A program made the translations under genes and the position numbers. The notes under the pieces are model-generated. The model saw only the letters and a program-made list of their open reading frames with translations, was not told where the DNA came from and ran no database searches. DNA of 59,132 nucleotides, counting the filler, from Sphacelaria rigidula (Eukaryota), in assembly GCA_964200075.2 (NCBI GenBank). It is 6 parts of 6 records of this genome, joined end to end, with 100 filler letters (N's around TTAATTAATTAA, not from the genome) between each part and the next. Parts side by side here need not be neighbours in the genome. Positions count along the whole stretch, not along the records: positions 39,491 to 49,261 come from CAXNAA020007797.1; positions 49,362 to 59,132 come from CAXNAA020007798.1; 4 more parts are not named here. One strand, given 5' to 3'. Below, piece by piece: positions 47,401 through 59,132 of this stretch (position 1 is the first letter of the stretch; every line of letters starts with the position of its first letter).

Positions 47401-48694
47401 GAATTTTGAAAATACCAGATTTGGCGGGTGCGGTAGGTATTGACATCTCGGAATACCCTGGGATGCGTAGATATCGTAGGTACGAGTTTTGAATATACCG
47501 GAGTTGGCGGGTACGGTAGGTACTGAAATTTCGAAATACCCTGGTACCCCAGGCATCGTAGGTACGAGTTTCGAAAATACCGGATTGGGCGAGCACGGTA
47601 GGTATTGAAACTTCGAAAAACCCTGGTACCCTAGGTATCGTAGGTATGACATTTAAAAATACCGGATTGGACCGGTATCGGTAGGGTATGAGATGTCCCA
47701 GATACCGGTACCGGGTACCCACCTTACCTACGTTGCCTGTAGAAACTTGATACGGAGAATCGCAAGAGCTTAGTAATAAAGGGATGAGATTTACTTTTTC
47801 ATGAGTTAAGGGTGCTTGTATCCAAAATCGCATCCTTGACTCACGAAAACAAAAAATGTCGATGTCTCGAGGCTTTTTTATTGCTATTTTGCTTGTGCAA
47901 GTCTCCATAACAAATTTGAATGCACAGCTCTCAAAACTGAGCTGCGAATTCTAAAATAGTGTGCCACGGGTTCAAAACAAGATTCACTCATGACAAGAAC
48001 ACCCCTACCTCATGAACGAAGAAATCTTAATGTGCCTTGTTTAATTTTCATGTTGCCCTTGCCCACACCAAACTTGCGAGCACAACTCTCAAACCTGAGA
48101 CGCGAAATACATATTAGTGCGTTGGGTACCTTTCCTCGCGGTATCTTAGGTTTCGTGTGTAAGATCTTATGCGCGTCATATCTCTCCTTAGACAGCGACA
48201 TAGGTGGAGGTGAAGACATCGACCGTTTTTCCGTGCTTCAAGGAATGTGCACACCGAAAAATTGGCGTCATCCGCTCCATACCTCTTTCGGAGATTCGTC
48301 TAGACTTTGGTATCGAGATATCTCCGGACGTCACGGGATTTATTTGACATGGCGCTGAATCAACGAGAAAGAATTTGATTGGGCTGTTGAGCTGCCGGGC
48401 AGATGCCCCTTGGTCGGATGATGGACAAGATGTACGATGTATGCATCACCGCCCAGTTTGCCTGCGTCGATGAGATATGGCTGTAACAGCTTCAACCCGT
48501 TCGTAGGTTGGTCCATCACGTGGGACAGTAAGACGCTCGCCTAATTGGGTTGGGTAGTCGCGGTATTTGTGCCCGCACGCCCTACCTTTGCCTGCAGGTA
48601 CGCGGCCGACGCCTTGGAGGGCACAATGTAGTGCGTCACCTCTGCCGAAAGCTCCAGTACTCCAATTGTAAGCCTCTTCGCGCAGCCGTCGCTC
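41408..48694 (-). CDS. DUF4139 (MuiA/F37C4.5-like) protein, C-terminal six exons: 48694-48586, 45946-45800, 44906-44827, 43801-43717, 42446-42270, 41512-41408
   Basis: Spliced SDGCAKRLTIGVLELSAEVTHYIVPSKASAAYLQAK|ATNNTDYLLLAS..IFFDNSFVAKTNL..VSPGESFQTFLGVDPAVK|TKVAPPRK..GIFGK..|..ISNSKRVPVTCVVVDASPRSADDVIK|VSLQQP..NHL|AWVVKV..LEYTVEWPMDKEV..*; all GT-AG and phase-consistent. Confidence 0.88.
42830..42948 (+). mobile_element. RTE-like LINE 3' tail fragment
   Basis: Matches 34600-34700. Confidence 0.65.
42996..43063 (+). mobile_element. Module-C mini retro-tail with TSD
   Basis: Flanked by direct repeat CCCCCCCCACTTC(GG) (42983-42997, 43068-43082). Confidence 0.88.
43881..44225 (-). mobile_element. 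Retroelement family D
   Basis: Reverse complement of the 28625-28967 family; G-tract at 43852-43880. Confidence 0.75.
45058..45465. repeat. GGATATCC/GACATCC motif-rich segment, probable MITE
   Basis: Dense short motifs in both orientations at both ends; no clear TIR/TSD. Confidence 0.4.
46816..47741. mobile_element. Composite hAT-type element with ~82-bp tandem repeats, in a DUF4139 intron
   Basis: TIRs CACAGGTATCGTAGGTAAGGT / ACCTTACCTACGTTGCCTGTA; TSD TAAACTTG/GAAACTTG; internal third TIR at ~47232-47252. Confidence 0.82.
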
Positions 48695-49029
48695 CTTCAG
48701 GAATGACAAGAAGGCATGACAAAGCAGGTTGTTTGCGTGAAAGGTGATGCATACAGGAAAAAGAGCAATTCGATAGGGGCGAGAAAGCATCGTCATTATT
48801 CTGGTAGTATTCAAGTCACGCGTTACGCCTTACCAACGCAGCATAACATTCGCCCCTAGATTTAGCCGCACGCTTGTCGTCCGATATGCACGAATTGCGA
48901 GGCCTCCCTCTCCGCCTAAAAAAACGAAGCACCTCATTTGAGGGGTATCATTCATATGCAAAACAATTCGTACGCTTCGGGACAAACAATCATACCAGGA
49001 TGCAGACCCCTCCTTATGCTACTCGCCGT

Positions 49030-49261
49030 GTAATCCGGCATGCTTTGTCCCGGCTATGTAGGGATGCGAGGCCAACCGTGTCATGACTACAGCTTGCAAG
49101 ATCATGGGTACACCCTCCGACCCCCCCCCCCCGCCCTTCGGACACCCGTGAGGCAGTGTACAAGCCATGGCTGTCTCTGGAAGTGGCGATACCACAGAAT
49201 AAAGCAACTCATTGTTGGCTGTCATCCAAAGGCAAGATACTCAGTAGGCTTCGGACCGAAC
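49030..49261 (+). mobile_element. Two tandem family-D copies separated by a C-run
   Basis: Tail ...GATCATGGGTAC, C-tract 49112-49137, then D body GACACCCGTGAGGCAGTGTAC... Confidence 0.7.
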
Positions 49262-51429
49262 NNNNNNNNNNNNNNNNNNNNNNNNNNNNNNNNNNNNNNN
49301 NNNNNTTAATTAATTAANNNNNNNNNNNNNNNNNNNNNNNNNNNNNNNNNNNNNNNNNNNNCCAAAGCCTACTGATTATCTTGCATTCGGATGACAGCCA
49401 ACAATGAGATGCTTTATTTTCTGGTATCGCCACTTCCTGTGCCACGGAAGGGCCTGACCTTTTAATAAATAACTCGCGTGGCTGTTCTTGCAATTACCAG
49501 TTGTTCGTCTACCGATCCTCTGTTCATCCCCAGTCATGTTGCGCCCAAGCTTGTCGGGTGGGCCCGAATATTGAATATTGAACGAGATTCCGACAGATCG
49601 AACTAATCATGTACCGCTCATGTAGCACCAAGCAGATGAGTAAGAACCCAAGACTTTACGGTTGGAGATTCGTAAGAATCCGGCCAGAGAAACTAGACCC
49701 ACCCACTTCTTCTAAAACGGGAGAAATCGCCAGAAAGAACACGAAGTAACACACGTGTCGAGTCGCCGTTCGATAATATGGGTAGCTGGTGATTTTAAGC
49801 GATCGGTTTTGACGCATGTACAGGGGGAGACTTTTTTGTTATTTTCGCTTGCCCATCAGCAAAGTCCTAAAGTAAACATTCCGTATCAAATACTGTTTCT
49901 CTACGGCAAATCGTGGGCGACGGGTCAGCGTATGCTTTGTCGCTCAACGATGTCACTGTACACAGTAGGCGTACGCACCGCCATCGTGTGATGTGTCGCG
50001 CTCTCTCCTTGGCCTCCCATCTGGAGAAGGGGGGGGACCTCGTACCCTGCAGCTTCTGCGGCCGCCCCCGCTGCCGCTGGAGCGGCCCCGGCCGCCAGTG
50101 ACGGCGGTGGGTCCAACCACAAGCGACCCTAAGGCTTCCGATGCAGCGGCGGTGGCCCCTATCTCGATGGCGGCGGTGATGGCTGTCCGTGCGAGCGTGG
50201 GTGTCTTAAAGAGTCGTAGATGTGGCGACGGTGTTCCCCACCCCGGCCCAGATGGCGGTGACGAGAGTGGGAGCGACCGCGTCGGCTGCGTCGGCGTCGG
50301 TGGCATGTTGCGTACCATAGATAGCATAGGTTAGTCTCCCAGCTGCGAAGTTTTCCCCTGTACTCGGTCAAAATCTCACAGCTACGGAGTGTTGCCGAGA
50401 GTGTGGGCGCCATCACGGAGAATGCGTCGATGAAGATGAGATACGAGCGGGCCCGTGTCAGATTCGAGGGGTTGGAGCTACCTGCCGACGCGGGCGGGGG
50501 CGGCTGCACCTCCGCGTGAGACCGGTATAAATGTCATTTACCTAGATGGGTGGACAAGGGGAAAAAATGGACAAAATGAAATCGCGTACACGAAAGATCA
50601 CAAGGAGAGTAGAACAAAGAGCAAGGCGTAAAGATGTAAGTGGAGGTAGAGCTAGGTCATACATTGGGGAGCTCACAGTAGCGACACACGATATTCGTAT
50701 ATTGTCCCTCACGGGATAGAACAGGGCCGGTCATGTTGGGATGGATATGCAAAGCGATATGTTGTGACGTCATCGGACTGCGGTAGACAAGGAGGCCGGG
50801 CGAGCCGAGTTCACTGCCGTGAGATATCGCATCTTGTGCTGCGGGATAGAGAGGGGGTACGTGAAGGACTGGACAACGTGGAGTTAGGTCGGTGATCAGG
50901 GAGTCGATCATCAACGCCGCGTGGTACAGGCATTCATCAATGAGCGCCGCGTATCGATATCTTTAACCTGGAAGGCAAATCGAACGCTGTAGCGTCTGTT
51001 ACCGACGCCCCTACAGACATGCCCACACCAACAGAAGAGAGGGACATGTTGTGAACTGAGTTGGACAGCACTGTGGACCGAGTTCCCCCCGACGACCACC
51101 TGTGTTTCATAGACCTAACGCCGGTGATGGGGTAATATCAGGGGAGGAAGATCGCAGGGTGATAGCAGGAGAGGAGGGTCGTAGGAAAGTAGGGGTGTAC
51201 TGCAGGGATTCCCGAGCCACCGGCAGTACCGGCACTACATTGCTACAGCTTCCGTTTTTGCTATCTCCAAGAAACGCGTGCCGCGTGTGTTCAACGGTAT
51301 TACAAGCCGTGCCGTAAGCAATAACGTTTTGAGTACATCATCACACGGCTATTCCACCCCTGACTTGTTCGGAGTGTCGCCGTCTACATGCAACTCGTCG
51401 GAATCCGACTACAACATCCTGTGCGTCGC

Positions 51430-54400
51430 AGTGTGACTCCTCGTCCAATTCTCACGCAACAGACATCGGCAAACTCCCACCGAGCGTGAACTTGTAGATG
51501 GGGCGAGCAGTAACATCTGACACCGTTAGACGTGAGCATCCCATGCATTTTCTCTGTCATAGAGAGAAGCAGGACAAACCCGAAGATACCGCCGGTTAAG
51601 TTGCTTCGATCTCCAAGGACGTACTCCTGAGATCCGACGGGATGGTGATCCCATGATCGATTCGACAACCCTAGACACGAGGGTGGTTCAAGGATGTGCC
51701 ATCTGCTGAGTCCGAAGAGGCATGAAATGCAGGGGAAAGTGCAAGGTTGACGGTACGGACAGAGTCGAAAGGTAGCCTTGCATGGCGTTTGCGTGCGGCG
51801 TGAAAGAGTCTCAAGAAAGTTATTCAAGCTGGGTTGAATAGGTACATGGTTGTGTATGCCAAGAATCTAAAGGCGTACGCAAGAATTGGGGATATGGGAG
51901 GGTGGTACGGACATCTGATAGGAGGATGGAGACCAGCGGGAAGCAATCTGGAGAGCGAACCGTATATCAAGGACGAGGACGGAAACTGCTACGGTGCAAG
52001 AGTCCAGTCTGTGAGAGATGGAGGCTATATTTTTCCACTTGTGCTGAATGAATCATCAGCAACTATAGATATATCCGGCATCAAAAGTATCACGCAACTG
52101 TGTTACTTGGAGGTCAGCCAAATCTAAATGAAAGAGAGAAGGTACTATGAGTCATGGCTGATGACGAAGCGATGGGGGTGGATAGGCTTACTGCTGAGCT
52201 CAAGCATGTATTGAATACGGATGGGGGCAGAGAGAGAGAGAGGGAGAGAGAGAGAGAGAGAGAGGAGGGCGCACAGAGAAAGAGGGCGCGTGCGCGAGAG
52301 AGGGGGGATTCGAGCGGCCAATTTTTTCAACAAATCTAGGGGGACCTTCAGGAACCCTGTACCACGTCTATATCATCATATTTTCTGTTTGGATTTCTGG
52401 CGAGATGCTGTAGGAGTGGAAGGACGCGACTATCAAAGTGCTACACAAGAAGGATACGACCGAGTGTGATAACTATGGGGGCACCATCCTCGTGACGTCT
52501 GCTGGGAACGTTTCCTCGAAATCGTAGCCAACGGGCTCGGTACTTTCCGCGAGGACGAAGGGATTTTCTCGGAAGATCAGTGCGGAGTTATTTGTCCGTC
52601 GTTCGCCAACTGCAGTATTTAGTTGGGATAGGGGGACAAAATCCCACTGAACATTTGCTTCATCCACCTGGAGAAGACGTACGACTCCAGAGACCGCACG
52701 CTCTTGTAGGAAGTGCGATCCCGTTTCGGAGTCCCGCCGCGGAAGATCAAAACCATCCGTATAATTCACGATGGCGTGCGAGCTCGCATATTGCTGGATG
52801 ATGGCGGACTACTAGGGCGTTTCCAAGTCCGTTGGGGACTCAAGAAAAAATACGTTTCGTCCCCGCTGCTGCTCAACATCTTCGGCGCAGCTTTGTTAGA
52901 TGTAATCTCACTGCGTTCCATGGCAAGCGGAGCTATCATCTCCTCAGCCTTAGCGTCCCTAGTTGGTGCGCCGGACATCAAGAATGATAACTCCACCGTA
53001 GATACGCCGCTGAAGAAGGTACGGCTCGCGGTCCGGGAAATGCTGTACGCGGATGACGCAAGCATAGCCTCGAGAACGGACTTTCTACAATGCAAGCTAC
53101 GATATTGGTGATCCGTGAAGAGTTCGAAATATAAGGTAGCGGAGAACAAGACAGTGTCCATGCGCCTGCGTTGTACCCAATTCCTAGAGACCGGACTGCA
53201 CATCAATGCGGTAGGCCAGCGGAAAAAGGAGACGGCCGAGTATGTCACGGGCATTTATATCAAACCCAAGCGCTGCATCGGCGCTGCGCAGACACGCCTC
53301 CGAAGAGGTAGTCCCCAACTCTACGATCGGCCCACCGGCCGGCTCTGTATGAAGATAAGGCTGTAGCGATGTATCAAGCGACGCTACAAGGATGCGCTAC
53401 ATGGACACTGCGCCCAGAGGACTTCGAAAGCCTACGAACCGCCTACCACAAGCGTGTACGCGCCTAGGTGGCTTCCATGGGAAGGATCCAGTGAGCACAA
53501 GACTCATACAGAGCTGTGCTCGAGATGACCTAGTACAAGCGTATCGAGGCAACCATCTTCCGCAAGCGTGTTGTTTCCGGGCGGTGTGCCGCACAAGCAC
53601 CGGGAAAACCGCCTCCAGGGGATCTTGCGTGCCTCGGGGGGGGGTATCCCACGCAAGGGCGAACGAAGGAATCTGGTCTGCCCACGGCTTGGAGATCAAC
53701 AACTCACATGTTTGAGTCACTGCCGTGAAGAACATGAGCAAATGGCACGTGTGGGTCGAGAAGCGGGCGGAGAGTTTCGAGGCAGCGTGGCGACGCGAAG
53801 GCCTACACCAATCCGGGGTACATCACGAGCAAGATCTTGTCGCGTTGAGAGCCGCCAGCAGGAGCTGGTATAACAAGAGGAACAGCAGCACGCGAGGAAT
53901 CCAAGATGGAAATGGTTGAGAGAGTGGCCCGTGTTGCCCCCGACAAGGGATCAGCGGGAGGGGTGGGGGTATCACTGAAACTGGTACAGATGGGTCTTAT
54001 TTTATTGGTTGTCAACTTCAGCGATGTTCGCACGCTATGTTCCTGTATATGTTCTACGTTGTTTATGAGGCAATTTCCTTCCTTATTTTCCCGATATTCC
54101 ACTATATTAGTCAATCTTCTCCATTTTCTCCGTTCTCTTCTCCTCCTCCTCCTCCTCCTCCTCCTCCTCCTCCTCCTCCTTTCATCTGTTGTGTTCTGTT
54201 TTGTTTCGTTCTGCTCTGTTGTTGCTGCTGCGGTCGTTTTTGTTCTCCGAATGTACAGTACCCGTGTCCAAATACTGCAGTCCCTAGATAGTTTAATCGC
54301 CAGCTGCTTTTTCACGGCCTTGTTCGTTCTTGTTTTGTTTCTCTCTTGTCTCAAATTTCGTGCGCCCCCCTTACCACACCATGCGGATTCTACCGTTGCT

Positions 54401-54565
54401 GTTGTTTTCACACGTTTCGGACTGCTTTTTTTTTCTTTCCGTTATCGCCCTTTCTCGAGTTTGTTTAGCCTGCATTCGGCTTATCTTTGTTGGGTACGAC
54501 TGTCTCGTGAAAACGCCTGGATACGCAGCAGACCAGCAAAAAATACGCGATAATGAATCAATCAC
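51430..54565 (+). mobile_element. Decayed RTE-like LINE (RT pseudogene plus 3' UTR)
   Basis: Frameshifted motifs [44 protein letters not shown] (53040-53057); pyrimidine-rich UTR ending AATGAATCAATC; (GA)n at 52229-52264 and (CCT)n at 54140-54180. Confidence 0.85.
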
Positions 54566-55253
54566 ACACATCATCAATCACATGACAGATGAGACGACAA
54601 CACACACACATGATGATAGCGCAAACCTGCATCACCCCTCGCTCGCTGTCCCGCTCCTCACCCCAGAGCCATAGGGAAGGACGACCGAGCTCGGGGAGTC
54701 TCATGCAACAGGTATGTCGCCGGATACATCTGCCGTCGCCGTTCCCGCCAGCGCTGGCCGGTCTTGTGCACCGTCGCGTTGCTCAATTGTGGCGACGGCG
54801 ACGCCCCCGATGCAACCGCGGGTGGCTAGTTTTGAGGCGGCCTATAGCGGTCTACCCTCAGGCCCAGGCTTTAGTTACCCCGCTGTGACCACCGGTGACA
54901 CCTCGGACAGTCCATCCGAACAGCGCGGGTCTGTGGTTGCTGCAACACCTGGCGTGGGTGCCGTGAGTGAGGGCCCAGATTGACTTGTCCAGAGATCGTG
55001 CGCCGTAGCGCCTACAGGCCGGCGAAGTGGGAGGAAATGGCTGTTGGGGCGCGTATCGTGTGGGATAGGTTGGTAGAACCCGCCCGGAAGTCTGCGGCGG
55101 CGGTGGTGGTACCAGGCGAACGAGGGTGCAGGAGGGCGACGGTGGTGATGGCAGAGGCAACGTAATGCACCGGTGTTGTTTGGCTGCGGACTGGGGGAGG
55201 GCGACTCGACCGTGGAAGGTAGCAGCGGTACTGGGCGAGGAGGGAGGGGCGGG

Positions 55254-58200
55254 CGTACTCATTTGTTGCTTGCCTTAGTCGTTTGACCATTGACCACGCA
55301 TCCCTTGCGACACGAAGCACCGTTCCTACTCCTTATGGAGACACCTCCAACATTCCGGCGCTCGTTACATGCATTACACAAAAAACCTCTAGCATGTCTT
55401 GTCTGTGGTCATCATCATCACCATCTACCCTTCCTGTTTCGGCGTCTGTGGCCGTCATCTATCTTCTAGTGTAGCCATCATTTTCTCCCTACCGTCTAGT
55501 GCATCAAACGATTTCATGCAACCTTCGTTTACTTCACGCATTTCCCCCTCTAGCACGTCCTGTTCAATGCATGGTTCACATTCCGCCACTCTATGAGTTC
55601 CAAGGGCAGGTTGGGTAGGATATGCCCAATACTCAGTATTTTTTATAAATCATACTTAGTACCCAAAATCTGGGTAAAGTATTGAGGTCATACCCAAGTG
55701 ATACTCAATACTCAAGTATTACGGAGAGAGCTTACCCAATGTTCGGTAGAGTATTTGAGGTCGTACTCAATCTACCCAAGATTTAGGTAGAGTTTGAAAA
55801 TCGTACCCAACCCAGGTATTGCTAAGAGTGCTTACCCAATATTTGGGAGAGTATTCGAGGTCACACTCAATCTACCCAGAATTTGGGTAGAATATTTGAA
55901 GTCGTACCCAATCTACCCAAAATTTGGGTAGAGTATATGAGGCTGGGCCCAATATACCAATACGTTGGGCATAACTTTAGTATTCAACCTCGTACCCAAG
56001 ATACCCAAACCGCCTGTATAACACGGACCACCGGGGCCTGTTTTGGGATCAGGTCTATCACTCCTGACCCCGTCGCGCCTTTCTCTGTTGTTTCCCCTCG
56101 CGACTTTTGCGGTGTTTCCACATCTTCCACCGTTTCCACCGCTGGGCCTCCCGCAGAGGGGTTAGATGTGCGGCCCGTGGCGTCGCTCATTTTTACACTA
56201 CCTACCCGACTACCCGCCGTCTGCTCGATTACCCACTGATGATGAGTAGCGCTTTGTACTGCAACTGATATCGAAGAGGATGCGAAGTATGAAGTATGAA
56301 GTATGGGTATGGGTATGGGTATGGGTATGTACTGCCGGGGGTGAGGCAGGTAGGTTCATGCACCTGCACGCTATTTTCATTTTTTGATGGCCACCATCTG
56401 CTCATAATAATTGTAGCCTTTGACGTGAGATCACTCATCTCATTGATGGCCACCGGTCGCCCATATATTCGACATAGTCTGTGAAGTGACGTCACGAAGT
56501 CGCCCACGGTCACGGTTACTCATCATATCCAAGGGATACTCTATACCTAAGTATTACTGAGATGACTTACCCAAAATTAGGTGGAGTATTTGAGATAATA
56601 CTCAATCTACCCATTTTGGGGGTAGAGTATTGAGGTCATACCCAAGTGATACTCTATACCCAGGTATTGCGGAGAGTGCTTACCCAAAATTTAGAAGAGT
56701 ATTTGAGGTCGTACTCAATCTACCCAAATTCGGGTGAAGTATTCGAGGCCGTACCCAATCTACCCGAAACTTGGATAGAGTATTCGAGGCCGTACCCACT
56801 TTGCCCAAACGTTGGGTAGAGTAAATACCCGGGTATTTTACTCTAGTATTCAAACTTACATACCCTACCCGACCTGTCCTTGATGACTTATACTTTCTAT
56901 AGCTTTGCCACAGGGGCAAGTCTGTGCATCTACTTCCTCCTCCACTGGACTACTGGTATCTCTCTTTCTTCTTCCTGGCGGGTCCAGGTCCCCCACCCGA
57001 AATCGCCGTTTCGAATTTGTCGCGGAGCCCATTGGGCCATGCAAATATGATTTCATTGCTGTCCCCTCTCTCAACCCCCCGTATATCGCCAGGTGCTCTT
57101 CATCTCTTTTCCGTCTGAGCACTCATTTTTCCCTTACTTCTATCATGCCTCTTACTTTTGTCTTCTACCCCGCGACTTCACCTATGGACGGCAATTCATC
57201 TTGTTTCCCTCTTATCCCCTTCCCATACTTTCTCGACTTCTCCATCCCACCTTCTTCCAGCCTGCCCGTTCGTGATTGTCTTCCATGCAGCTCTATCAAC
57301 TGTGGCTGGCAATCTCTTTTTTATCATGTTCTTTACGCTATATTGACATCTCACTTTTCTCATATCTCTGTTGAATCCAAGTAGGTACAATCCCAATTCT
57401 TCTCTCAATGCTGTATTTTTCGTCGTTTTCGAGCACCCACGTATTTTCTTAGCTGCTGCCCTTTGTACTGTTTCCAACTTCCTTCATCAACTTCGCATTT
57501 TCTCCCCATGCTTCTCCTGCATATTCCAGCTTCGATTTAGTCACGTCCATCCTGCCTATCTGTGCCTAACCCTTTTCTATCACTTTATTTATGTGTGCAT
57601 CTCCAGAACGCTTTTTTGAAATCTCGACGCCAGAGTATGTATACTGGTTGGTATACGATCGACAGTTCCTCTTCTTCCCACTTCCATTTGAGCTCTACCA
57701 TATTTTGCCTATCTTCGTTGCATACAAGTACCGCTCATTTAGTGCCTTCTCTACTTGCTTCTGCAATCCTTCCGGTGTTTCTGATGTCCCCATGAAATCA
57801 TCCGCGAACATCGATCCTGATACCGTATCTTCCCCCACGCTGGCTCCTTGCTTCGCTGCTTCTATTGCTCTCATCAGGTCTTTGATAAATACTTGAATAG
57901 AGTGGGTGATCAATCATTGTGAAACTCCTTGTAAAATAACAAGATATTTCGATAGTTCTCCGTCTAACACAATAGCGCTTTTCGCACATTTTGTTATCTT
58001 CTTCACCATTCTCCATATTTGGTCCTCAGATCCCAGTTTCCCACAACTTTGTCCACAGCCAATTTCTCATACTGAATCATAGGCCTCCTGTACGTCCAGA
58101 AAGAAACAGTGCTTTGTCAGCCCAGCGTCTTTCCTACCTTGTGTAATCTCACCTAACGTGTACATGGTGTACGCAACTACGGTTTGGTCTAGAACCTGCT

Positions 58201-59070
58201 TGCCCCTCGCTGATTTTGTTTATTCTAGTATCGTCGCCACTCTATCATTCACAATCTTACCGAACATTTTCCCTACGGTGCTCGGTAGCGCTATCCCTCC
58301 ATAATTTCCTGGGTCAGCCTTGGCTCCTTCCTTGAAAAGGTTGAATACTACTCCTTCTCCCCACCTCTTGGTTGTGTACTCGTTGTCCCATATCCAGTTA
58401 TACAGTGTAACCATCGTGGTAATCATTCCCTCTCCACCGTACTTCAGAAATGCATTACCTGTTTCGTCTGCCCCTGCTGCCTTTCTGTTCTTGAGTTTAG
58501 CTACTCACTGGTATTCCTTGTCTCAGAATCCTACTCCCTTCATGCCCCTGTTGTTGAGGTTTTGTCTCATCCGCTTTTTCCTGTCCATACGTACTCTTCA
58601 ACTTCGCATTCTATTCCCGCCTTCTCTTTCTCCCACGACTCTTGGATCCCCACGATATCTAGGTCGGGGTTACTTACTTGTTCGGCTATCTCTATTATTT
58701 TGCGCCCGTCTGACGAATCCACACACGTTCCGCGATCGTATGCTCAACTTCCTTTTCGAATCATAATCCACTCACATTGTGTCCACTGTTCTCTCTCGGT
58801 CGTTTTACTTCTATTTTCCCTCGCTTGATTTTTCTTCCCATTTCCGGTTGGTTTTTCTCGATTTGCTTCGGGCCGCTGTGTCCCCTCCCCTTTCCCTTCC
58901 GAGCACTTACTTGTTCCTGCTTCTCCTTTCCTCCGTTTACCCGCGAACTACGCCTTAGGCTCGCTGTTCCATTGGCTATGCATACTCTCCATCCTACCCT
59001 TCTAATCCATGCCGACACCTTACTTGTCTATTTCCTTCCCCATTCCTTGCTCGCGCTCTGTTGTAGCGAG
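55254..59070 (-). mobile_element. Second LINE (5'-truncated, decayed RT plus CCHC C-terminus) ending in module C and a C-rich tract
   Basis: KEGAKADPGNYGGIALPSTVGKMF, MFADDF, C-terminal CPCGKAIES..H(I/R)VAEC split by a MITE; reads directly into GGTGCTTCG..GAGTACG-CCCGCCCC. Confidence 0.85.
55601..56882. mobile_element. hAT-type element family F (1.28 kb) inserted in the LINE
   Basis: TIR CAAGGGCAGGTTGGGTAGG / CCTACCCGACCTGTCCTTG; TSD ATGAGTTC/ATGACTTA (6/8); ~37-bp TACCCAA subterminal repeats. Confidence 0.85.
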
Positions 59071-59082
59071 CAGGGGAGGGGG

Positions 59083-59132
59083 TGTACTCATGATCATGTA
59101 TGCCATAGTCATCAGACCATTGACCTCGCATC
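59083..59132 (-). mobile_element. Family D 3' tail abutting the LINE 5' end
   Basis: GTACTCATGATC..CCATTGACCTCGCATC with GGGGAGGGGG flank. Confidence 0.7.

Noticed and set aside
49925-50509. GC-rich ORFs as a gene
   Set aside because: Overlapping frames, no recognisable domain and no consistent splice model.
53803-54553. 200-aa ORFs with poly-Arg or poly-Leu
   Set aside because: They arise from the (CCT)n microsatellite and pyrimidine-rich LINE 3' UTR.

Overview
Eukaryotic, intron-rich and transposon-rich DNA, most consistent with a brown alga (Phaeophyceae; inferred from gene content, splice signals and repeat style). The window is not one locus. It is six contigs (1-9773, 9874-19646, 19747-29518, 29619-39390, 39491-49261, 49362-59132; 9773 down to 9771 bp, i.e. 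length-sorted) joined by artificial 100-bp N44-TTAATTAATTAA-N44 linkers. Supportable genes, all partial: an RluA-family pseudouridine synthase (2 exons), the last exon of an unknown multi-pass membrane protein, a histone H1 3' exon with a histone-type 3' stem-loop, five exons of tRNA 2-thiouridylase MnmA/TRMU, and six exons of a DUF4139 protein. The rest is mobile DNA: several hAT-type MITE families with 8-bp TSDs (one deeply nested cluster), a tRNA-derived SINE family, a decayed RTE-like LINE with (CAAT)n-tailed 3' fragments, and a second LINE. The most interesting signal is that second LINE. It ends in a ~70-nt structured 3' module followed by C-tracts instead of poly(A). The module recurs as stand-alone minis and, with covarying stems, on a ~350-bp partner element. 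Every copy whose 3' end is visible abuts a C-rich tract, and three lie in sense just upstream of intron 3' splice sites. This is a candidate poly(C)-targeting LINE/SINE system.
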